From the sequence record MF158043: DNA of 64,000 bases; one strand, given 5' to 3'. Below the pieces are notes generated by a model. That model saw only the letters and a program-made list of their open reading frames with translations, did no database searches and was not told where the DNA came from. This DNA comes from Shigella phage Sf16. The first letter of the stretch is position 1. Each line of letters begins with the position of its first letter. Both the position numbers and the translations under genes were made by a program. This document shows positions 13,652-24,528 of the stretch, one piece after another.

Positions 13652-15120
13652 TGGCTGGATTAACAACTACAGGTTTACAAACAAAAAGATATCAAGAAAT
13701 CTTGGATGATGTTAAAGCAAGTCTGTATAGAGATATCTCACCAAACCTTGATGTTTCTGAAGATAGCGAACTTGGGTTATTCTTAGCTTCTGTTTGCCGA
13801 GGTCTTGCAGACGTTCATGAAATCTTGTCAGAAATCTATGATGGTGGTACTATTGACAAAGCTGAAGGATTCAGTTTAGATGATGTAACAGCTTTGAATG
13901 CTGTATACAGATATGTGGCACAAGCTACAAGAGGTCAAGCTGAGTTCACTGGTAACTCTGGTGCTCCTGTACCAGCAACTACAAGATTAAGAAGCACAGC
14001 AGGTAACATCTTTTACCCTGTGTCAACTTTCACGCTGACTCCATCTTACTGTGTAGAGGCAAACTTAGAAGTTAACTCTTTACGAACAGATGCAAACTAT
14101 GTTATTATCATTGATAACATTGAGTATTCATATCAGCCGACTAGCTCTGATACCATTACAACATTGCTACAGAAACTTGCAGATGCTATTAATGGTGGTA
14201 TTATTGCAAAGGCTGAAGTTACTAATGATGGCTCAGTTCTAAGAATCTATAAAGACACTGGAGATATCATTGCCAGAACTAACCCTATGGTTGTTACTGC
14301 AACGACATTCTTAACATTTACAAAGATTACTTCAATCAGTGACGTTGTAGCAGATGAAACTGGAGCTATCCAGACTCTGGCAGGAACCTTGATTGAGATT
14401 GAAACAACTGTAGATGGTCTTGATAGTGTCTTCAACAGATATGATTTGACAACAGGTCGTGATGAGGAAACTGACACAGAACTGAGACAACGTTACTTAG
14501 AATCTCTGGCTGTTACCGGTGTAGGTACTCTGGATGCTATTGTAGCTGCTGTAAAGAGAGTTCAAGGTGTGTCTGACGCTTCTGGTGTAGAAAATGATAC
14601 TGAGACAACAAACTCTGATGGTCTTCCTCCGAAGTCTTTTAAGATTGTTGTAGTTGGTGGTCAGAATGATAATATTGCACAGGCAATCTGGGACACGAAA
14701 CCTGCTGGTATTCGCCCATATGGTGCAATCTTTGGGACTGCATATGACTTAGGCTCTCTCCCTCACGATGTTTACTTTAGTAGACCAATGCCTAAATACG
14801 TTTTTGTCAAGGTCACTTACTCTCTTTACGATGAAGAAACTCTTAACATCCCTGAACAGGATATTCATGACAGAATTGTTCAAGGTATCAATACCTATGG
14901 TAGAACGTTGAAAGTTGGTAACGATGTAATCCCTAACAGAATTTATGGGCATATCTATGATGTGATTCAAGGTATTGAGATTAATGAGATTAAGGTTGCA
15001 CTTTCAAACAACCAAGCAATTCCACCTGCTGATGAGCAGTACACCACTTCAAGAATTACTATTGATGGTGACCAGTACACTGTTTGGGAAAGCTCACAGT
15101 ATACAATTACCAAGGAGTAA
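13651..15120 (+). CDS. putative baseplate J-like protein
   Basis: 489-aa ORF, gene order. Confidence 0.45.
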   Translation: MAGLTTTGLQTKRYQEILDDVKASLYRDISPNLDVSEDSELGLFLASVCRGLADVHEILSEIYDGGTIDKAEGFSLDDVTALNAVYRYVAQATRGQAEFTGNSGAPVPATTRLRSTAGNIFYPVSTFTLTPSYCVEANLEVNSLRTDANYVIIIDNIEYSYQPTSSDTITTLLQKLADAINGGIIAKAEVTNDGSVLRIYKDTGDIIARTNPMVVTATTFLTFTKITSISDVVADETGAIQTLAGTLIEIETTVDGLDSVFNRYDLTTGRDEETDTELRQRYLESLAVTGVGTLDAIVAAVKRVQGVSDASGVENDTETTNSDGLPPKSFKIVVVGGQNDNIAQAIWDTKPAGIRPYGAIFGTAYDLGSLPHDVYFSRPMPKYVFVKVTYSLYDEETLNIPEQDIHDRIVQGINTYGRTLKVGNDVIPNRIYGHIYDVIQGIEINEIKVALSNNQAIPPADEQYTTSRITIDGDQYTVWESSQYTITKE

Positions 15121-15122
15121 CA

Positions 15123-15980
15123 ATGTTTAAAAAGATTGAAAACTTTTATGAGAAAACATTGGACGAAAGAACTGTAACTCAATTCAAAGATAAGTTTATT
15201 TACACAAGTCTATTGAAATCTATCACAGATGAGTTACAATTATTAGAGGATATTAGTAATCAGTTATATACTGAAAGAAATATTCGTGTAGGTGTTGGCA
15301 CACAACTTGATAACATCGGGGCTTTGATTAAAGTCCCTAGACCTATTGGTGCTGATGATGACATTTACAGAGCTACCCTCTACATTCAAATTTTCTTAAG
15401 ACGTTCTGACACCACACCAAGCTTCTTACAAAAAGCTGTTATGACCCTTTACAACGCATCATTCAGTCAGATTTTTGAGCACATTACGCCAATGACTGGT
15501 GGAATTGTTATCCGTGTAAACACTCGTAATGACGTGTTAGATACAGCATACACACTTTCTAAGATTGCTGCAACAACTATTGGTTCAGCAGTTATCCTTA
15601 GAGATGTTACCTTAAATGGCACTGCTTGGACTCCTGTAGAGGTTGCTGATTCATCTCTGGCAATCACTGATGAGAACAATAACTGGTTTGTAACAAACAC
15701 TAACAAGGGTCTTATTACGAACAACACAGGTGGCTCTCTAGAAGCAAATAAATTAGGTAGTTTTGCAGATGCAGGTGTAAGAGATGGTTATGTAAGAGTG
15801 GATAAAACTGGTGGAAGTACCAGTAAAGATTATTTAAAAGTCAGCAAAACAAACAATAGCAACGACTATTTCATTGCTGGTAAAGAAACAGTAGCAGGTG
15901 GTGATTATGGGATTATGGCAGAAGTCGCCCAAATCGTCAAAGGCAGAAAAGATAAATCTCAACAAGAAGGAAGTTCATAA
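15123..15980 (+). CDS. putative baseplate/tail-fibre attachment protein
   Basis: ATG at 15123 with AGGAG RBS (track start 15084 is TTG inside upstream gene). Confidence 0.35.
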   Translation: MFKKIENFYEKTLDERTVTQFKDKFIYTSLLKSITDELQLLEDISNQLYTERNIRVGVGTQLDNIGALIKVPRPIGADDDIYRATLYIQIFLRRSDTTPSFLQKAVMTLYNASFSQIFEHITPMTGGIVIRVNTRNDVLDTAYTLSKIAATTIGSAVILRDVTLNGTAWTPVEVADSSLAITDENNNWFVTNTNKGLITNNTGGSLEANKLGSFADAGVRDGYVRVDKTGGSTSKDYLKVSKTNNSNDYFIAGKETVAGGDYGIMAEVAQIVKGRKDKSQQEGSS

Positions 15981-16279
15981 TGTCTCTTTCATGGTCTACA
16001 GACACAGTTGATGCTGACGGTAACCAGCTTAAAGTTTTACCACCTCCAGAAATTCAAGCCACTGGCCTATTAAGGGGTGAACCTATGGGTCGTCAGTGGT
16101 TTAACTATATTATCAACTATTTGCTTAACAAAGTAAATGGTACGGTTGGAGAGGTTCGTTCATTTGCTACGGAGCAACCTGATTTAGTTTCCAATGGTTG
16201 GGAATTAATTGACACAGTAACAGGAACTGCACCCACTAGCACGACTAACCTTTACACATACGAATATAAAGGGAGCTAA
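15980..16279 (+). CDS. hypothetical tail protein
   Basis: 99-aa ORF, ATGA overlap. Confidence 0.35.
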   Translation: MSLSWSTDTVDADGNQLKVLPPPEIQATGLLRGEPMGRQWFNYIINYLLNKVNGTVGEVRSFATEQPDLVSNGWELIDTVTGTAPTSTTNLYTYEYKGS

Positions 16280-16281
16280 TA

Positions 16282-17457
16282 ATGCCAGTCGGTGAAATTC
16301 AAATTAGTGCATTGCCTCAAGCCTCATTGCCTATTGATTTAAGTGATATCTTTCACCTTAAGCAAGGTATCGAGGATAAACGATGCACACTTGAGCAATT
16401 ACTTGCTCCACACGCATCTTTAAGAAATAACCCACACGGTGTTACAAAGGTTCACGTAGAACTCGGTAATGTTGTTAACGCACTCCAATTAGTGGCTGCT
16501 AATAACTTGTCAGACGTGGTTAGTGTTGAAGAGGCTAGGCAGAACCTTAATATTCTATCAAGTGATGAAGTTAATGCCCTTATTCAGAATCACATTAATG
16601 ACAAGAATAACCCTCACAACACTAACAAGATTCAAGTAGGTTTGTCTAATATTCAAAACTGGACATATTCAAACTCTTACTCTGAGGATGCTGATAAGTA
16701 TGCTACTGCAAAAGCTGTGAATGCTTTATACAGGGCTATCCAGAATAGCTATCCAATCGGTACTATTCATTTGTCAGTTAACCCTGCAAACCCATCTACA
16801 TATTTACTTTGTGGTGGTACTTGGGAGTTAGTTTCTAAAGGAAGGTCTCTTGTCGGTTATGACACAGATACAAGACCTGTAGAATCAGTATTTGGTTCTG
16901 CTACTGTAACACTTACACAAAATAACATTCCAAGTCACACACACTCTGTGTTGTTAACTGGTGGTGGACACTCCCACAATGCAACAGTAGTAATTTCTAG
17001 CTTTGACTATGGGACTAAGAGCACATCAAGTTTTGATTATGGCTCTAAGGCCACAAACGACTCTGGAAGCCACGCTCATAATGTTAATGGTTCTGTGAGT
17101 AGTGCTGGTAGTCACAGCCACAGGATTCCATTGAGGGGTTCTGACAGGGGTGGTGTGAACGCTATTACGGCAACGGCTGATGCAGGTGTTGGTAATGCGT
17201 CATATACAGACTTTGATGGGGTTCACACACATACCTTCAACGTTAACTCTTCAGTTGGTGGTAACCACTCTCACAGTGTGTATATCGGAGCACATGGACA
17301 CAGTGTTGCAATTGGTTCACATGGACACTCAGGTACTGTGACAGTTCAATCTTCTGAGCACACTCACTCAGGTACAACTGGTGCATTTGGTGCTGGACAA
17401 GCATTTAATATTGAGCAACCTTCTTATGTTGTATATGTTTGGAAGAGAACTGCGTAA
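16282..17457 (+). CDS. tail fibre protein with His-x-His-rich C-terminal module
   Basis: about ten HxH motifs (HTH, HSH, HAH, HGH...), SFDYGTK repeats, C-terminus ...VWKRTA shared with next gene. Confidence 0.55.
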   Translation: MPVGEIQISALPQASLPIDLSDIFHLKQGIEDKRCTLEQLLAPHASLRNNPHGVTKVHVELGNVVNALQLVAANNLSDVVSVEEARQNLNILSSDEVNALIQNHINDKNNPHNTNKIQVGLSNIQNWTYSNSYSEDADKYATAKAVNALYRAIQNSYPIGTIHLSVNPANPSTYLLCGGTWELVSKGRSLVGYDTDTRPVESVFGSATVTLTQNNIPSHTHSVLLTGGGHSHNATVVISSFDYGTKSTSSFDYGSKATNDSGSHAHNVNGSVSSAGSHSHRIPLRGSDRGGVNAITATADAGVGNASYTDFDGVHTHTFNVNSSVGGNHSHSVYIGAHGHSVAIGSHGHSGTVTVQSSEHTHSGTTGAFGAGQAFNIEQPSYVVYVWKRTA

Positions 17458-17502
17458 TTATTTTATAAGGGGCTACACAGCCCCTAGAAAGAGGATTTAT
17501 AA

Positions 17503-19881
17503 ATGGCTGAATATAAGCTAAGTGAGCTAAACAGTATTGATACAGTTCGCTCAGAAGATTTACTTCACCTAAGAATTATCAAAAGGTCTGATATGCTAGG
17601 TGATGAAGACCGTAAAATGACCTATGCAAATTTCCTTGCCTCTTTCAAACTAGAAAGATTCTTACAACTAACTGGTGGGGATATGACAGGGAATCTTGGC
17701 ATCGTCAAATTAAGATACGGTGGAAAAGACTTATTAGACCCAACAGGTTCTTCTGAGGTTATTCTCGGTGACACTGCCAAGACCTTTAGAATTAATGCAA
17801 GTGCTTTAAGATTAACTGTAAATGATGCCACAAGGTCTGCAACAGTTTATCACACACTTAATAAACCATCTCCTAATGAATTAGGTATGAGAACTAATAC
17901 TGAAAATGATGCAAGATACGCTATGAAGGAAACTGAAAATACCTTCTTGGCAAGACAAATCATTAATATCAACGGTGTTGGTTTGACACTTAAAAGTATC
18001 TTACCAGATGGTGGAGCATATATTGAAGCAAGAGACTCAAATAATGCTTTGAGATTCACAGTTGGTAACTTGACTTCTGGGACTGATGTTACATTAGTTA
18101 ACAGCAAAGGTGCTACGTTGACTCTTGGTACAAACTCTGTTAGTGTTGACAAGAACTTTGAAATCAATGGTCAGGTTCAGCCTAATAACTGGAACAACCT
18201 TGATGCAAGATTCTTTACACAGACTGCTGCTGACCAGAGATTTGCAAGACTTAATGCAAGTAATAACTTTGTTGGGGTTAACAACTTCAACGGGAAGACT
18301 TATGTTATTGCAGATAGTAATGCACTTAACTTAAGAGCGGCTTCAGAGAATGCTGCATTATTTATGCGTGGTTACAACAGTGCTGGGACAGGTGCTTGGT
18401 ATGTGGGTCAACCAGATGGTACGCAGTCTGAGATTGTTTTAGCAAACCAGATGACAAATGTTAACTTGAAAATTGCTACAGAGTTTTCATTTAACAAAGC
18501 TATTAATGTAACTGGTCAGGTAAAACCAAGTGACTTCGCAAACTTTGATACAAGATATGTTCCAAGCTCTTTAACAAACGTGCTTGCAAGAACTAATGCT
18601 GCAAACGTTTTTACTAACCCACAAACTATTGTTACTACAGATGCGGCTTTCACATTGCAAAGTGGGACAGCTAATTCATCACTATATATTGTTGGTGCTA
18701 ATGCAGATGGAAACAGACGTTGGTATGTTGGTAACGGTGAAGGTAGTAGACCAAACTCTCTGTTCCTGTACAACTACTCAAGCGGTGGTGTACAGTTAGA
18801 AATTGCTGATACTTTCATGTTTAATAGAAGCGTATCAGTATCTGGTCAGGTTCAGCCTACAGATTGGACAAACTTTGACTCAAGATACTACACACAATCT
18901 GCTGCAAACTCAAGATATATGTTGTCTGGTGTATCTGGAACGGGAACCGAAGTCGGTGATGCAACAGGTATTGCTTGGAATGCAAAAACAGGTTTGTACA
19001 ATGTTACCAACTCAACTGGTGGTTCGACTCACTTAGTTTACCAAATGTACCTTGGAATTGGCGCATCCACACCTTCTGCACAGCTTAAATTTAACTATAA
19101 GAATGGTGGAATCCACTATAGAACAGCAAGGGATGCTTTTGGTTTTGAAGAGGCTTGGGCTAAAATCTACACAGACCAAGACAAACCTACACCTTCCGAG
19201 ATTGGTACTTACACCAAGGCTGAAGTAGACCAACGTATTGCTTCTGCTGTAACTGATTCTACAGACCTTAAAAAAGTGTATCCAGTTGGTATTGTGACGT
19301 TCTTTGCTTCTAATGTCAACCCAAATACAGCTTTCCCAGGCACTACTTGGACTTACTTGACAGAAGGTGCAAACAGAACTATTAGAATCGGCTCTGCGAA
19401 TGGCTCTGATGTGAAAGGTCTTGGGGGTGCTGATACGGTTGCATTAAGTGTTGGTCACATCCCTGCGCACACTCACGGATTCTCTGGAACGACTTCTTGG
19501 TTTGACTATGGTACTAAGTACACAGATGCTCAGGGTGCTCACGACCATGACAGAGGTAACATGGAAATCTCTGGGGTGTTCGGGTGGTTCAGAAGTGATA
19601 ATGCTGCATTCTATACTGCAAGTGGTGCTTTTGCAATGGGTGGTAGTCAGGCTTCTCATGGTTTCACTGGTTCTAACTTCACATATGGTGCTCCAGTTGA
19701 TTTCTATGCTTCCAGAACTTGGACGGGTAGAACAAGCTGGGTAGGTGCTCATGCTCACGGTGTAGGTATTGGTGGACACAACCACACATTTAGTGGTGAT
19801 ACTGGTGCAACTGGTTCTGGTGCAGCATTCAGTGTTCTTAACACTTACATTAAATTAATGGCTTGGGTAAGAACTGCATAA
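17503..19881 (+). CDS. tail fibre protein (long), with internal ~110-aa repeats and HxH C-terminal module
   Basis: three internal repeats (NGQVQP...NFD.RY), C-terminal HTH/HDH/HAH/HNH motifs and ...AWVRTA ending. Confidence 0.6.
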   Translation: MAEYKLSELNSIDTVRSEDLLHLRIIKRSDMLGDEDRKMTYANFLASFKLERFLQLTGGDMTGNLGIVKLRYGGKDLLDPTGSSEVILGDTAKTFRINASALRLTVNDATRSATVYHTLNKPSPNELGMRTNTENDARYAMKETENTFLARQIININGVGLTLKSILPDGGAYIEARDSNNALRFTVGNLTSGTDVTLVNSKGATLTLGTNSVSVDKNFEINGQVQPNNWNNLDARFFTQTAADQRFARLNASNNFVGVNNFNGKTYVIADSNALNLRAASENAALFMRGYNSAGTGAWYVGQPDGTQSEIVLANQMTNVNLKIATEFSFNKAINVTGQVKPSDFANFDTRYVPSSLTNVLARTNAANVFTNPQTIVTTDAAFTLQSGTANSSLYIVGANADGNRRWYVGNGEGSRPNSLFLYNYSSGGVQLEIADTFMFNRSVSVSGQVQPTDWTNFDSRYYTQSAANSRYMLSGVSGTGTEVGDATGIAWNAKTGLYNVTNSTGGSTHLVYQMYLGIGASTPSAQLKFNYKNGGIHYRTARDAFGFEEAWAKIYTDQDKPTPSEIGTYTKAEVDQRIASAVTDSTDLKKVYPVGIVTFFASNVNPNTAFPGTTWTYLTEGANRTIRIGSANGSDVKGLGGADTVALSVGHIPAHTHGFSGTTSWFDYGTKYTDAQGAHDHDRGNMEISGVFGWFRSDNAAFYTASGAFAMGGSQASHGFTGSNFTYGAPVDFYASRTWTGRTSWVGAHAHGVGIGGHNHTFSGDTGATGSGAAFSVLNTYIKLMAWVRTA

Positions 19882-19889
19882 TTACCTTG

Positions 19890-19918
19890 TTGACTAACTG
19901 TCAAGATGGTGTTAATAT
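19890..19918 (+). promoter_or_regulatory. sigma70-like promoter TTGACT-17-TAATAT overlapping a 10-bp inverted repeat
   Basis: hexamers read directly; inverted repeat caagatggtg/caccatcttg at about 19902-19945. Confidence 0.4.
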
Positions 19919-19967
19919 TTCTTAGTAGGTATTCTCACCATCTTGGCTCAAGAAGTAAGGTGATTAA

Positions 19968-20162
19968 ATGCCAACCATTCTAGCAATCCTCATGAAAAAC
20001 CTTGGGGCATTCTTTTGGAAGCTTCTTTTTTCTCTTCTCAGTGAATACATGATTGAAAAAGTGTTCTTTAAGCTTGCAAGATACCTTGCGAGTAAAACAG
20101 ATACACCTATTGATGATGAATTTGTAGATACCTTGGAAAAGGCTTTTAAAGGTGAGAAATAA
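19968..20162 (+). CDS. small membrane protein
   Basis: 64 aa with hydrophobic N-terminal segment ILAILMKNLGAFFWKLLFSLL. Confidence 0.4.
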   Translation: MPTILAILMKNLGAFFWKLLFSLLSEYMIEKVFFKLARYLASKTDTPIDDEFVDTLEKAFKGEK

Positions 20163-20536
20163 TGAAGTGGCTTGAAGATGCTTTTAAGAATAATATTGGT
20201 GCAATCGTTGTAGGTATTTTCAGTGTAATTGGTATGTACACTACAATGCAGGTCTCTGATGGTAAACAGGAAGTGTCTATCACAAATAAGTTACAGCAGT
20301 TGGATGGTTACTCAAAAGGTAACTATTCAGCTATTCGTGACTTACAATCTGATATGAAGCTCCTACAATTAGGGATGGAGAACCAGAAAGTTCAGCTAGA
20401 GAATGTTAAGGGAGAAAACGCTAAGTTGACTAAGACCCTTGATAAGTTCTCTGACAGTGTTAACAACTTAGCACAATCTGTATCAGCTTTGCAAGCAATT
20501 ACAGAACAAAATACCCAAAGCACTAAAAAGAAATAA
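20162..20536 (+). CDS. membrane-anchored coiled-coil protein
   Basis: N-terminal TM helix IGAIVVGIFSVIGMY, then heptad-like Q/L/K-rich region. Confidence 0.4.
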   Translation: MKWLEDAFKNNIGAIVVGIFSVIGMYTTMQVSDGKQEVSITNKLQQLDGYSKGNYSAIRDLQSDMKLLQLGMENQKVQLENVKGENAKLTKTLDKFSDSVNNLAQSVSALQAITEQNTQSTKKK

Positions 20537-20542
20537 TTCTAA

Positions 20543-20568
20543 GGCTCCTTTTTACGGGAGCCTTTTTG
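20543..20568. terminator. terminator between convergent + and - blocks
   Basis: GGCUCC-uuuuuacg-GGAGCC followed by UUUUUGUUU; sits between convergent stop codons. Confidence 0.55.
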
Positions 20569-20571
20569 TTT

Positions 20572-21471
20572 CTACTTACCTACTGATAAAGGTGCTTCAA
20601 TCTTACCAGCATGTTTATACCCTTTCAATCCACCTAGGAAGTCATCTGCTGTCATATGTCTCAAATCTTCAAGGGACTTCAAATCTTGATGAATTTCAAA
20701 CTTAGGTGCTGGAAACTCTTCATTGCCAAGAAGCTGAAAAACCTGCGACATATGGTTCTGATAGATTTGAGTATCACCATAAGTCCCTACCAGATATCGC
20801 GGTGTATATCCCGTCAGTTTACACAATACTTCCAAGATAAAGGCATAGGAAGCAATGTTAAACGGTAACCCTAAGAACGTATCACAAGAGCGCTGATACC
20901 ATTTCAAATCCACCTCATTAGTGTTCGAGATATAAATCTGAAAAAGTACATGGCAAGGTGCTAATGCCATAGAGTTACTTGAGATATCTGCTGCATTCCA
21001 TGCGTTAACGAGCATGTAACGGTCTGTAGGAGACTTTCTCATCTTCTCTACAAGATTACTCAACTGGTCTACAACAACGCCACCATGACCTTCGTAGGCT
21101 CTCCATTGGACCCCATAGATTCTTCCTCCAGCGTCCTCCAGCCAATCATTCTCTGTAGCATAGGTTGTTTTCAACCAACGTTTAAAATCATCTGTCCAGA
21201 TAGTCCAACGCTCTCCGTCGTTCTCTCCCCAAGTTCTGTAACGCAAATGACCTAGTTGGTTTTCACCGTTCATAAACCATAATGCTTCACCGAGGACTTG
21301 ACGCATAAATGTTTGTTTTGAGGTGATTAATGGAAATCCACTACGCATATCAAAACGGAACTCAGGTGGAGCAAAGGTCGAAATCACTGAGCCAGTTCGG
21401 GTTTTACGCAACTCACCAACTGATAAAACATGGTTTAAAATAGCTTTGTAGCTTACATCTGCTTGTGACAT
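20572..21471 (-). CDS. thyA: thymidylate synthase
   Basis: LAPCHVLFQIY...WYQRSCDTFLGLPFNIASYAFIL...GDTQIYQNH motifs; adjacent DHFR. Confidence 0.8.
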   Translation of the reverse strand: MSQADVSYKAILNHVLSVGELRKTRTGSVISTFAPPEFRFDMRSGFPLITSKQTFMRQVLGEALWFMNGENQLGHLRYRTWGENDGERWTIWTDDFKRWLKTTYATENDWLEDAGGRIYGVQWRAYEGHGGVVVDQLSNLVEKMRKSPTDRYMLVNAWNAADISSNSMALAPCHVLFQIYISNTNEVDLKWYQRSCDTFLGLPFNIASYAFILEVLCKLTGYTPRYLVGTYGDTQIYQNHMSQVFQLLGNEEFPAPKFEIHQDLKSLEDLRHMTADDFLGGLKGYKHAGKIEAPLSVGK

Positions 21472-21472
21472 A

Positions 21473-22018
21473 TTAGAAAAGTCCTCTTACTTGTGGAACA
21501 TAGGTATCAAACACTACAGACTTGTCTTCTGAAGGTTTGGACTGTACTTTAGCAAATAAATCTGTGTCATACAAGTACTGGAAGAAACCCTCATAAGGTA
21601 GCTTGACAGTAGCCTCTTCAGTAACTTCTTTAATAACACTGTGGAAAACTACGTCAGCATACGGCAAAGCTGAGATTAAGATATTGGCTCCACCAATTAC
21701 TAAAACATCTTCCTCAATAGAACTATCAATATACTTCAGGAAAGCCCCAAAAGCTTCAGGCTTAACTTTTGCTTTACAATGAGAGTCATCTTTAAAATCC
21801 AGACCATAAAAGTCAAGAGAGTTTGTCAAGACAAGGTTCTCACGGTTTGGCAAAGGTTTGCTACCAAGAGTCTTCCAAGTTTCGCTACCCATCAAGACTA
21901 ACTGGTTAACAGTCTGCTTCTTAAACTCTGCCATATCTTGTTTATTACGAGGCCAAGGCATTCCAGTAGCTGTGCCAAACTCCCCGTTAATACCACTTGC
22001 AAAAATTAACTTAATCAT
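21473..22018 (-). CDS. frd: dihydrofolate reductase
   Basis: MIKLIFASG...GMPWP...LVLMGSETWKTLG..PLPNRENLVLT pattern of DHFR. Confidence 0.8.
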   Translation of the reverse strand: MIKLIFASGINGEFGTATGMPWPRNKQDMAEFKKQTVNQLVLMGSETWKTLGSKPLPNRENLVLTNSLDFYGLDFKDDSHCKAKVKPEAFGAFLKYIDSSIEEDVLVIGGANILISALPYADVVFHSVIKEVTEEATVKLPYEGFFQYLYDTDLFAKVQSKPSEDKSVVFDTYVPQVRGLF

Positions 22019-22287
22019 TTTGTAAATCCTTTGATAATGAACCAGTTCAGAACACGCTTCACAATCCTGTTCGGATGGTAAACAAGGTGAGGTTGTGGTT
22101 CATAACTTCCATAAGCCCAAAAAGATAAAATCTTTCCACATCCACAGCAACGGGTGTACTCTTCAGCGATGTTACCAGAGACAATCTCTGAAACTTCACC
22201 TTGGAAGTTCTCACCTCCACAATGGCAGCATTTAACTGGCTCACCATTATTCATGTAACACTGTGATACTCCGCTTAAGATTTTCAT
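22015..22287 (-). CDS. small zinc-ribbon protein
   Basis: CCHCGG ... CCGCG cysteine pairs. Confidence 0.4.
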   Translation of the reverse strand: MKILSGVSQCYMNNGEPVKCCHCGGENFQGEVSEIVSGNIAEEYTRCCGCGKILSFWAYGSYEPQPHLVYHPNRIVKRVLNWFIIKGFTK

Positions 22288-22799
22288 TTTTTGTTTACCT
22301 TAAAAGTGCGTTCAAATTTTAGTATGAAATCAAGGTCATCAACTTCACTTGACAGGAAATCTTCAAAGTGTTTTGGAACAAAGTCTAAGAAACTCATAGA
22401 ACCAAAGTCACCTGTCAGTTTGATAGTGCCTTGTTCACACTCAGCAGTTACTACATGACCACCTTCAGTCTGCTTAACAATCTCTACAATATCAGCTATA
22501 AAGATGTTTAGCAATGCTTTAAAGCTTCTTGGATACTGTGTATCTGAGTAGAGTTCAATACTTGGCTCCAGATTAACTTCAATAGAACGACTGTCACGTA
22601 GCTCTGGAGTAAATAAGTGAGCAGGAAGAACACACAAGGAATCAGCAGTGTCTTCATCAATGAACTCAATAGTTCCTGCATCATAGTTAGTATCAATCAA
22701 GAATGTCTTCTCAGTATGATTTGTAGACTTCATATGCTCAGACAACATTGATTTCAAGAACTCTGCTTCAGGCTGGCAAAGGGTAATTCCAATTTTCAT
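22284..22799 (-). CDS. hypothetical protein
   Basis: 171-aa ORF, operon-like packing. Confidence 0.4.
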   Translation of the reverse strand: MKIGITLCQPEAEFLKSMLSEHMKSTNHTEKTFLIDTNYDAGTIEFIDEDTADSLCVLPAHLFTPELRDSRSIEVNLEPSIELYSDTQYPRSFKALLNIFIADIVEIVKQTEGGHVVTAECEQGTIKLTGDFGSMSFLDFVPKHFEDFLSSEVDDLDFILKFERTFKVNKK

Positions 22800-22800
22800 G

Positions 22801-23304
22801 TTAAACCTCTACAAAAGTATCTTTGTCATTATCATACTTGAAGAATTTTATACACTTTTGTGTATTCCAGTCAACCTTTTCATCATAAGCAATACCTTTT
22901 GCTACACGCTTTCCAATAGTCTGTGTAATGATTTCACGGAGCTTTACATACTCTTTCCAATCTCTTGAGCCAATAGTTATATTATATTTGTTATAACTAT
23001 CAATTGCTTGTTCGTTATAGCGTATCTCCATAGGACTTGCAGGTTTGTACAGATGGGGTAGTAAATTCCAACCCATATGCCCCTCTTCTTTGGCTAGTTC
23101 TAGTTGGTGAAGATATTCATTTAACCGTCCATCTTCCTCAAGCCACCTGTGAAGTGTCTGCAAGCCTAAGATGTTGTTGTTAAAGTGTGATGCACGTTTC
23201 ACAGAGCCTAAATCACAACGATAATCTGACTTTGGTAGTGACAGTATGCTGCCTTGCAATACACTGTACCCAAAGTATAAATCGAGTTTTAAGGGAAGAG
23301 ACAT
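22801..23304 (-). CDS. hypothetical protein
   Basis: 167-aa ORF. Confidence 0.4.
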   Translation of the reverse strand: MSLPLKLDLYFGYSVLQGSILSLPKSDYRCDLGSVKRASHFNNNILGLQTLHRWLEEDGRLNEYLHQLELAKEEGHMGWNLLPHLYKPASPMEIRYNEQAIDSYNKYNITIGSRDWKEYVKLREIITQTIGKRVAKGIAYDEKVDWNTQKCIKFFKYDNDKDTFVEV

Positions 23305-23648
23305 TTGATATCCTCATTTTTAAACACAAAAGTTGTGTAGTTGTGACCGTCAACATCTAACCAGACAGCCTTGACTTCAACACCATCTAGGTTCTCTGAC
23401 AACTCTTTGATGAAGTGGTCTCGTACCTTTTTGGCACTGGTGGTTTCAAGTTTGATGTTAGAGATTGCAGAGCCAATTGCCATATAACCTCTTACACGGT
23501 TTGCTTCAGTATGCTTCATACCACCAGTTGTGTAAACCTCTTTCAAGGTCTCCAGAATTGCATTACCATAAAGCTTCTCTGCTGGAGTTGGTTTACTATA
23601 GAAGCCAATTGCAAAGTTATCGTTAAAGATTGCATTTTCACGTTTCAT
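23289..23648 (-). CDS. hypothetical protein
   Basis: 119-aa ORF. Confidence 0.4.
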   Translation of the reverse strand: MKRENAIFNDNFAIGFYSKPTPAEKLYGNAILETLKEVYTTGGMKHTEANRVRGYMAIGSAISNIKLETTSAKKVRDHFIKELSENLDGVEVKAVWLDVDGHNYTTFVFKNEDIKCLFP

Positions 23649-23649
23649 A

Positions 23650-23949
23650 TTAATCTGCCAGCCTTAAGTTAAAATTTACACCAAGTTTTGTACAAGCATT
23701 AAGCATGTACTCTAAAGAAATCTTTTGAGGGTCGTTAATGATATTTGATACACGACTCTGTGAGATTTCACAAACAGTTGCTACTTGAGCCTGAGAAAGT
23801 TTTAGCTTCTCAATCTCTTTAGAGAATCTGAAAGATACAAAGTCTTTCATCTCTTCTATATCCATTGGACAGACATAACTCTCCATTTCAGCCTCTCTAT
23901 CAGCCTCCCAAGAATCTTGAGGTGCATATGGGTCAAAGACTTCATTCAT
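23650..23949 (-). CDS. helix-turn-helix (XRE/Cro-like) DNA-binding protein
   Basis: C-terminal segment LSQAQVATVCEISQSRVSNIIN resembles XRE-type HTH. Confidence 0.45.
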   Translation of the reverse strand: MNEVFDPYAPQDSWEADREAEMESYVCPMDIEEMKDFVSFRFSKEIEKLKLSQAQVATVCEISQSRVSNIINDPQKISLEYMLNACTKLGVNFNLRLAD

Positions 23950-24145
23950 CTTTCTTTCTCCGTTTTCGAGAAGTGTCTATTAACGAATCAAGATTAGTTG
24001 CTCTGACGTTTTCACGAGTCCCATTAATGTAGTTATCTAAAGACTCTACAACGGTTGCAAAATCATTAGCCCAAACTCTGTAAATAACTACTCCGTCATC
24101 ATCGACCACTTCACCATAGTCTGTTCTACAGATGTTCTTCCTCAT
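23942..24145 (-). CDS. hypothetical protein
   Basis: 67-aa ORF. Confidence 0.35.
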   Translation of the reverse strand: MRKNICRTDYGEVVDDDGVVIYRVWANDFATVVESLDNYINGTRENVRATNLDSLIDTSRKRRKKDE

Positions 24146-24147
24146 GA

Positions 24148-24528
24148 TTATAAACCCATGCAGTGACGATTTTCAATAAAGTATTGAACACCTTTGAAAG
24201 ACTCACGCATAAAGTTGTCTTTCACATCTTCTACAGTCTCAATACCTTTGCTATCAAGAAGGTCAACGTTCTGAGTGACCATCTCATCTGCTAATCTGTC
24301 ATAGTAATCTCCCATAAAATGGTAGTTGTAGTCAACCATCTTATCAGTCATTTCTTGAACAGTCTGAGCAGACAACGGTTTAGTCAACTCTCCAGCATTT
24401 GAAGCGATTTTCTGTACAATCTTACAAGATTCTAAAGCAACACCATTAAAGTTTGCTTCAGGCATCTTCATAGCTGCTGCACTAAAACTCATACCAAGAG
24501 CAACAATACCAACAAGTAACTTTTTCAT
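24148..24528 (-). CDS. secreted/periplasmic protein
   Basis: N-terminal signal peptide MKKLLVGIVALGMSFSAAA. Confidence 0.45.
   Translation of the reverse strand: MKKLLVGIVALGMSFSAAAMKMPEANFNGVALESCKIVQKIASNAGELTKPLSAQTVQEMTDKMVDYNYHFMGDYYDRLADEMVTQNVDLLDSKGIETVEDVKDNFMRESFKGVQYFIENRHCMGL

Noticed and set aside
20572-21471. Alternative reading of the ThyA-like gene as a dCMP/dUMP hydroxymethylase (hypermodified DNA)
   Set aside because: The adjacent DHFR gene and the full ThyA-type motif set fit thymidylate synthase better; cannot be fully excluded without alignment of substrate-specificity residues.
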